From NCBI GenBank assembly GCA_030141605.1, contig JAQGDQ010001740.1, positions 1 to 27,219 on the forward strand: DNA of 27,219 bases, given 5' to 3'. Positions 19,855 through 27,219 of the stretch are shown in pieces. This DNA comes from Tubiluchus corallicola (taxonomy: Eukaryota > Animalia > Priapulida). The notes beneath the pieces are model-generated. The model worked only from the letters and a program-made list of their open reading frames with translations, was not told where the DNA came from and did not search any database. The stretch's first letter is position 1. Each line of letters starts with the position of its first letter. The translations under genes and the position numbers were made by a program.

Positions 19855-20296
19855 GAGGATCTCGAAGATTCCAGCATTTGAAGAGTACCCGTTTTGCTGT
19901 TTGCCACGCGGCAGTTTTTAACACATTTAATAATAAGAACTCCATGCAGTGTCAAGCAAACGTTTAACATTTAGAACGGTACATTATTTGCAGTTATACT
20001 TTTGTGATTAAAGGAACAATTCTTAAATTAGTATTTGTATTTACGCTCTATGCAGTATGGCAGTATTATATGTAATTATTTTGTTGTTGTTATTTCAGCC
20101 TGATCATTGCTGCAATATCATAAATAAACCACTTTGATTCAGCAAAAACTTCCATAGTTATTTATAATCAGACGTTCTAAATGTTAAACATCTGCTTGAC
20201 ACTGCATGGAGTTCTTATTGTTAAATGTTTTAAAAATTGCCTGCTGGCAAACAGCAATACGGGTGCTCTTCATATGCTGAAATCTTCGAGATCCTC
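19855..20296. mobile_element. Foldback MITE with ~125-bp terminal inverted repeats
   Basis: 19853-19978 is the reverse complement of 20173-20298; TA on both sides of gaggatctcgaaga...tcttcgagatcctc. Confidence 0.8.
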
Positions 20297-21148
20297 TAAT
20301 TTCTACATAAACCATAGTTGACATCATGGCTGTGAAATGATGTTGGTACGGCTTACTTGATTATCAGTGTGCAGTATCGGCTCGTAGCTAAAATTAGTGG
20401 GGGTGCTGCTTCAGAAAATGTTTTAATGCTGTGTAAAATGTAACAACATGTGTAATTTTATTGTCGTAGTTATATATGAAGATCGATTGTTGAACGGCCT
20501 CTTTTCTTAACTGCAACTTTCTCATGCAGAGACAGCTGTGAAAAATTAAGCTGTTGTAGTTCACTTACAGTCACAGAACTCATTTCTTGGGGATGCAAGG
20601 CGTCCATTATTAAATTATTTATGTTTTAAGCACATACGCTAAGTTTAAATTTTATCATGTCCAAGAATATGACAGTGCACGGTAAGCACATGGCAATTGT
20701 TACTGTAATAGAGACAGTACTTTTCTACTTAGTAGCAGACACTAGTAGCATGTTATCTCAGGCATCTGCACCAAGCTACTGGGTCTGTGAAGGAAACAGT
20801 ACTACCCTCATGTGCTCTGGTTCAGCGCAAGTATAAAAACAAAAACTAAAGAAAAAAAGACTTATTAAATTGAATATAATCGACAATAATGAGTGAAAAT
20901 AAAAGGTGCTGCAGTACCACAGTACCTAGACGCATGGGTTCCGAGGTATAAAGAAGGAACAAAGAAAAAACACTTATTATATTAAATATTGACGATAATA
21001 TTGAGTGAAAATAGAGGGTGCTGCAGTACCACGGTACCTGTACACGAGCAGCCACTATCAATGTGTGAATTTATTTGGAATTTTGTGTAAAAAATTCCGT
21101 TTAATGTAATGACTATCGTCTTTTGATCTGTTGTGATTTTTTTTATAG

Positions 21149-21219
21149 AATTTTGCAACCGTTCGGATCAAGATTTTATCTGGTATAAAGTTAGCAAAGA
21201 AGGATATTTTTGGTGCAAG
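21149..21219 (+). CDS. NEDD4: NEDD4-family E3 ligase exon, start of C2 domain
   Basis: ttttttatAG acceptor; NFATVRIKILSGIKLAKKDIFGA(S) matches NEDD4L RVKVVSGIDLAKKDIFGAS; donor AAG|GTAAGA; the next DPYV exon was not found in the window. Confidence 0.9.
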
Positions 21220-21300
21220 GTAAGAGTGAAGCTTTTTTTATTTTTAAAAATATTTCACAAAATTTTTTTCTTACAGGCACTTGAAAATATTCGTAGTTAA

Positions 21301-21465
21301 AACACCACAACTTTAGCAAAACTTTTAATTTAAATAGTTAAAAAATCATGTCAAACATTGTGCATTAATTAGTAATTTATTTTTACATATGCGCTAATTA
21401 ATGCACAACGTTTGACACGATTTTTTAACTACGTAAATTGAAACTTTTAATAATGTTGTGGTGTT
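21301..21465. repeat. Long imperfect palindrome (72-bp arms, 21-bp spacer)
   Basis: aacaccacaac...gtcaaacattgtgcattaattag / ctaattaatgcacaacgtttgac...gttgtggtgtt. Confidence 0.85.
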
Positions 21466-22236
21466 CTAATTTTTTCAGAAAATATTTCGTGTATTTGTGA
21501 CTGTAACGTATGACACAGCATTTTCTCTGTTCTCATCTTTTCTTATCTGTTTTTTTTATTTTGTTCCGTTCTTTCAACCGCGATAAAATCATTTATTTTC
21601 TCCAATATAATTTTACAGCAAAAGTTCCAGTTAACTATTAAATGATTGTAATCGTGGAGCAGGGCACCAAAGGGTGGGACCAAAGGTTCGTCTAGTCCCC
21701 TGCTCTTTCATACAACCAGACAGGTATAACAAAAATAGATGGTGACAAAATCAAATAAGAAGAAAAAATAGAAGAAATTGTCAAAAAAAACTAAAAACAA
21801 AAAATAATAGATTTAGATTGTAGATTTAATACTTTATTTCAAACTTCACAAAGTTCATAAACACATCACAATTTAATACAAATAATGCAATAAATCAAGA
21901 CACACAACAATGACACAAATAATAATTAACGATATAACAAACTATGCCAATGACATCTAATTACAGAAGTAAAGTTTGCATCACTGTTTAAAATGTTCTT
22001 GCATATAAAATTTTCACTCTTATTCAGCCTGACGTGTAAACTGTATGCACATTTTCTGTGAATCACAGCAAAATAAATAATATTAAGTCTAGTAGAAATA
22101 TATCTAGCGCTCGTATCATATGAAAAGTTAAACAGCTAAATAGAATAAAGTTACATGCGATAATCTAAGCAAAAGAACGCGATTTTGACAACAACAAAAG
22201 GCTAGCAACATAATAAACAATATGCATATATATGTA

Positions 22237-22713
22237 CAGCGGACTCTCGTTATAAGAATCACCTCGGGAGAAGGCAAAGTGATTCTTATAACGAGCATGA
22301 CCCAAAATTGCTTTAAAATTTTTTTATGCACATAAAATTATTTATTTCCCGAAATTGCGCTAGAAACGACATGAAACAGCATAATGTTTTTCTGGCCTAA
22401 AAAGGACCTAAAAATTACTAGACTAATGTTTTCATTTCATGGTTGGGTAAATATTTCATGATGCCGGAATTGCCTTAAAATTTTTTTAATGCACGTAATT
22501 TTTTTCCGCCACGCCCACTGCGCAGAACCTTGTAAGCAGGGCGTGAGAGACAATGGAGTTGGCACCAAAATTGATTCTACTATCGAAAGAAGGGCGATTC
22601 TTATACGAGCGGATTTTCACTAGGAAAATGCTGATTCAATTCGGGAAACGCGATTTTGATTCTTATATCGAGCTGATTCTTATACGTGTGATTCTTGTAA
22701 CGAGAGTCCACTG
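22237..22713. mobile_element. Tc1/mariner(pogo/Tigger)-like MITE
   Basis: TA|cagcggactctcgttataagaatcac ... gtgattcttgtaacgagagtccactg|TA (24/26 TIR match). Confidence 0.9.
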
Positions 22714-23374
22714 TATCAAGATATTTAGACAAAAGGAGCCTTAAACACGTCTGAATTACAAATTACAATAAATACAAAGTGGTAATAAAAAATGGGAACA
22801 CCGACAAACAAATATTATTTAAACGAAAATAGTACAGCACTCGTAATTACAGTAATGCTTCACGTAGCAAGCAAACATCGTCGCCAGTTATGTAATCTGT
22901 CTTGCTTGTAAGAAACCGCGTACTTCTATCAAATTTAAAATTTTGTGTACACGTAGTAAATATTGTAAACATCCAACATTCTCTGTAAATATGCCTGGGC
23001 ATAATAAATTTACTTGGTAAACAAAGAAATTTTAATCGCAAGACAAACCATAAAATCACGAGTTTGTTTTTATACTCTGGTGTTTACCATAATTTATCCG
23101 ATTTCTTTGATACCGTGGCTGCCAAAACGGACTTTGGCGACTGATAATAAACGGGAAGAAATGGGAATTTTAAGGGATTTCCCAAAATGCTTTCCGTACC
23201 CGGTCATGTTGCTTTGCATTGCGCTTAGCTGTTTGAACGATTGGTAAACAAAACCAGTGAATTTGAATTTGAATCTTTGAATTTTTTTCTTTGTTTGTCT
23301 CATACAAAAAGCAATATACAACAATGTGTTAGGGATAAAGTACTAGTTAGTAGTGAGTAATAGTGAGAAAAACT

Positions 23375-24780
23375 GGGTGGAGAAAGAGACTACGGTCACC
23401 GGGCATCCACCCCTCACTCATAGTAAACGAGAGAGACGGGGGTGGCGGAAGAACCTACGGTCACCGGGCATCCACCCCTCACTCATAATAAATGAGAGAG
23501 ACGGGGGTGGCGGAAGAACCTATGGTCACTGGGCATCCACCCCTCACTCATAATAAACGAGAGAGACGGGGGTGGCGGAAGAACCTACGGTCACCGGGCA
23601 TCCACCCCTCACTCATAATAAATGAGAGAGACGGGGGTGGCGGAAGAACCTATGGTCACTGGGCATCCACCCCTCACTCATAATAAACGAGAGAGACGGG
23701 GGTGGCGGAAGAACCTATGGTCACCGGGCATCCACCCCTCACTCATAATAAATGAGAGAGACGGGGGTGGCGGAAGAACCTACGGTCACCGGGCATCCAC
23801 CCCTCACTCATAATAAATGAGAGAGACGGGGGTGGCGGAAGAACCTATGGTCACCGGGCATCCACCCCTCACTCATAATAAATGAGAGAGACGGGGGTGG
23901 CGGAAGAACCTATGGTCACTGGGCATCCACTCCTCACTCATAATAAACGAGAGAGACGGGGGTGGCGGAAGAACCTATGGTCACTAGGCATCCACCCCTC
24001 ACTCATAATAAACGAGAGAGACGGGGGTGGCGGAAGAACCTATGGTCACCGGGCATCCGCCCCTCACTCATAATAAACGAGAGAGACGGGGGTGGCGGAA
24101 GAACCTACGGTCACCGGGCATCCACCCCTCACTCATAAAAAATGAGAGAGACGGGGGTGGCGGAAGAACCTACGGTCACCGGGCATCCACCCCTCACTCA
24201 TAATAAATGAGAGAGACGGGGGTGGCGGAAGAACCTATGGTCACCGGGCATCCGCCCCTCACTCATAATAAACGAGAGAGACGGGGGTGGCGGAAGAACC
24301 TACGGTCACCGGGCATCCACCCCTCACTCATAAAAAACGAGAGAGACGGGGGTGGCGGAAGAACCTACGGTCACCGGGCATCCACCCCTCACTCATAAAA
24401 AACGAGAGAGACGGGGGTGGCGGAAGAACCTACGGTCACTGGGCATCCACCCCTCACTCATAATAAACGAGAGAGACGGGGGTGGCGGAAGAACCTATGG
24501 TCACCGGGCATCCACCCCTCACTCATAAAAAACGAGAGAGACGGGGGTGGCGGAAGAACCTACGGTCACCGGGCATCCACCCCTCACTCATAATAAATGA
24601 GAGAGACGGGGATGGCGGAAGAACGTATGGTCACTGGGCATCCACCCCTCACTCATAATAAATGAGAGAGACGGGGATGGCGGAAGAACCTATGGTCACT
24701 GGGCATCCACCCCTCACTCATAATAAATGAGAGAGACGGGGGTGGCGGAAGAACCTATGGTCACTGGGCATCCACCCCTC
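23375..24780. repeat. GC-rich 65-bp minisatellite, ~21 copies
   Basis: Unit gagagacgggggtggcggaagaaccta(c/t)ggtcac(c/t)gggcatccacccctcactcataataaa(c/t)ga. Confidence 0.98.
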
Positions 24781-24900
24781 GCTATAATATCACCATAACA
24801 CTATGCGATAAATTGTAAGTTAGTAGCGGTAGTGTTGAAGTAAATATTCTTTTTAATTAGAATTCTTATAAATTATCAATGACAATATATAAACGTAAAA

Positions 24901-25165
<265 letters not shown>

Positions 25166-25638
25166 CAAAAAATATTTGAAATCATGATAACAGTGTTAAT
25201 ATAGACAGTCTAAAACGTATACAAAAAAAATCAGCTATGTAGTTATATAGGGAGAAGTTGCTTTTATATTTTGTCAGTGTACACCTTGCGCTTTAAGTGT
25301 GGAGGGAAAGAGATGAACTAAAATTTAAAAAAACCACTCTTGTTTTTCTTGTAGTTTTATAAGCACGGGTTTTATAGTACGTAAGAACTGTATAGAAAAA
25401 CAAAATATTAATAGCAACCAGTTTTTGCAAATCATAAGGTAGAGGAACCATTGTTCTAGGGGAACTGAGCTCCTAACACATTTAACTGCAAGAAAGGCAG
25501 AATCTAATTGTTTGTGGTGTGCTAGGCAAAAATGAAACAATTGAGCAGCTTGTAGTGTAAATTTACTTTTCCCTGTTTCTTCTAGTTATAAATAGTATAC
25601 AGGGATAACCAGTTTTTAATAAAATTTAATAGATATAT

Positions 25639-25702
<64 letters not shown>

Positions 25703-25704
25703 CG

Positions 25705-25738
<34 letters not shown>

Positions 25739-25740
25739 CG

Positions 25741-25802
<62 letters not shown>

Positions 25803-25804
25803 CG

Positions 25805-25882
<78 letters not shown>

Positions 25883-25908
25883 CGTAGAGAGAGGGAGAGG
25901 GAGGGAGG

Positions 25909-25942
<34 letters not shown>
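25639..25942. repeat. (GATA)n followed by (GA)n
   Basis: Direct observation; four GATACGTA interruptions. Confidence 0.98.
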
Positions 25943-25945
<3 letters not shown>

Positions 25946-26248
25946 ATGGATGGACGGACAGATTGACAGACAGGTAGATAGATAGATAAAAATATGATAA
26001 ATAGATATACTGTGAAAAAGGCTTTAGTCACTATATGTAGCAACATAAACCAAACTCCTTTAGTGGCACAAACACTTTATTATTGACTCTCTTTTCTGTA
26101 CACTACGTTGTGACTACTAGATTAAAAACTGTAAAAGCTCAAATCAGTTGAAATTGGTTAACCTTGGGCAATGTATATCAGAAACCAGTCAGGTGAGAAA
26201 ATGATTCACTGTAGTCTAACTTACTGTAAAGTTGTGAGTGAGTGCGTC

Positions 26249-26249
<1 letters not shown>

Positions 26250-26290
<41 letters not shown>

Positions 26291-26319
26291 GTAAGTAAAA
26301 GTATCTTTTACTTACTTAC
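26250..26319. repeat. (GTAA)n microsatellite with short inverted (TTAC)n copy
   Basis: Direct observation. Confidence 0.9.
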
Positions 26320-27219
26320 AGTAAGAGCATGAAACGATAATATGATCAAAGTGACAAAATTATTAAATGATTAAATTATCTGAGTTAATGATATTCAAGT
26401 GATTGGTGAAAGGGTGGCAAAAACTAAAAGTTACCAATGTCAACCACACTGTTGGGGTAGTCTGTTGCTAAAGTCTATAAAGTTCATAAACAAACTCGTG
26501 GATCAGTTCACAACGTATACAATAATAATTATCAACAATAAGAATTTCTAAACCGAATTATTTACTGTGAAATATTTTTTTATTAATTAATATCACTGTT
26601 TGAAACACAATGTTTTGTTTTAACGTCTGCGGTTTTTGTTCTCCATCTTGTTACAATTCAAACTGTGAAAAATACGAAGACAAAATATTTTTGCTAAATT
26701 ATCACAAGAGGTGATTTGTGTTTGTTGTCTTTTTGTTAGTTGTATTTTGACATGTCGGTTAGTTGTTTTGACTATGATAGTTGTTTCCGAACCATTTCGA
26801 CACTTGAAGTTATATTGTTCGAGTTTCGTCGCTGCATGCTGCTTTATTTTGAAACCGGGAAATTTATTTTGGCAACGTGCCAAGAATTGCAGTAATTGTA
26901 GAATCGCAGCTGTTTTTGTTGGCTGCAAAAACTTTGTTTTGTCTAAATTTTTGGAGTCTTTAACACCCCATGGTAAAGCTCAAACACGCAATTTTAAATT
27001 GAAATTGTAATTAAAATTGAAATACATTTTAATAGTTTTTGTTGAACATTTCTAAAAACGATAAATTGCTTGTGATTTTGACACGCTTAATCAGAATTTG
27101 TGTAGTTACATGTACTGGTGCCACATGTAATTGTAGTTATTGTAGTTTTTAATATTTTAGAGGATTCTGAACTATGCAAAACTATGAAAAGTCTGATTAT
27201 AAAACTACACGTTTATTGA

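Noticed and set aside
20860-21045. ~113-bp degenerate tandem duplication
   Set aside because: Two diverged copies with no further structure; ordinary intronic duplication.
23375-24780. CRISPR array
   Set aside because: Units are head-to-tail and near-identical with no unique spacers and no cas genes; it is a minisatellite.

Overview
This is mostly AT-rich animal (invertebrate, lophotrochozoan-like 5S sequence) genomic DNA, rich in microsatellites, MITEs, LINE/LTR relics and a 5S-rRNA-headed SINE. Two spliced host genes are recognisable on the + strand. One is the 3' four coding exons of a C9orf78/TLS1 homolog (~7523/7570-14185). The other is the promoter and first two coding exons of a NEDD4-family E3 ligase (16318-21219, continuing beyond the window). 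Embedded at ~3486-7128 is an intron-less, Shine-Dalgarno-less, Bacteroidota-type phage tail fragment. It holds a 714-aa tail fibre with five ~43-aa repeats and a C-terminal S74 auto-cleaving chaperone, a highly structured intergenic element, a 143-aa hypothetical gene and a truncated DUF2586 sheath-like gene that runs in frame into a 60-bp tandem repeat. Host genes on both sides look cut at this insert, so it is either a recent bacterium/phage-to-animal insertion or an assembly chimera with a symbiont genome; the sequence alone cannot decide. All family assignments are from remembered motifs, not database searches.
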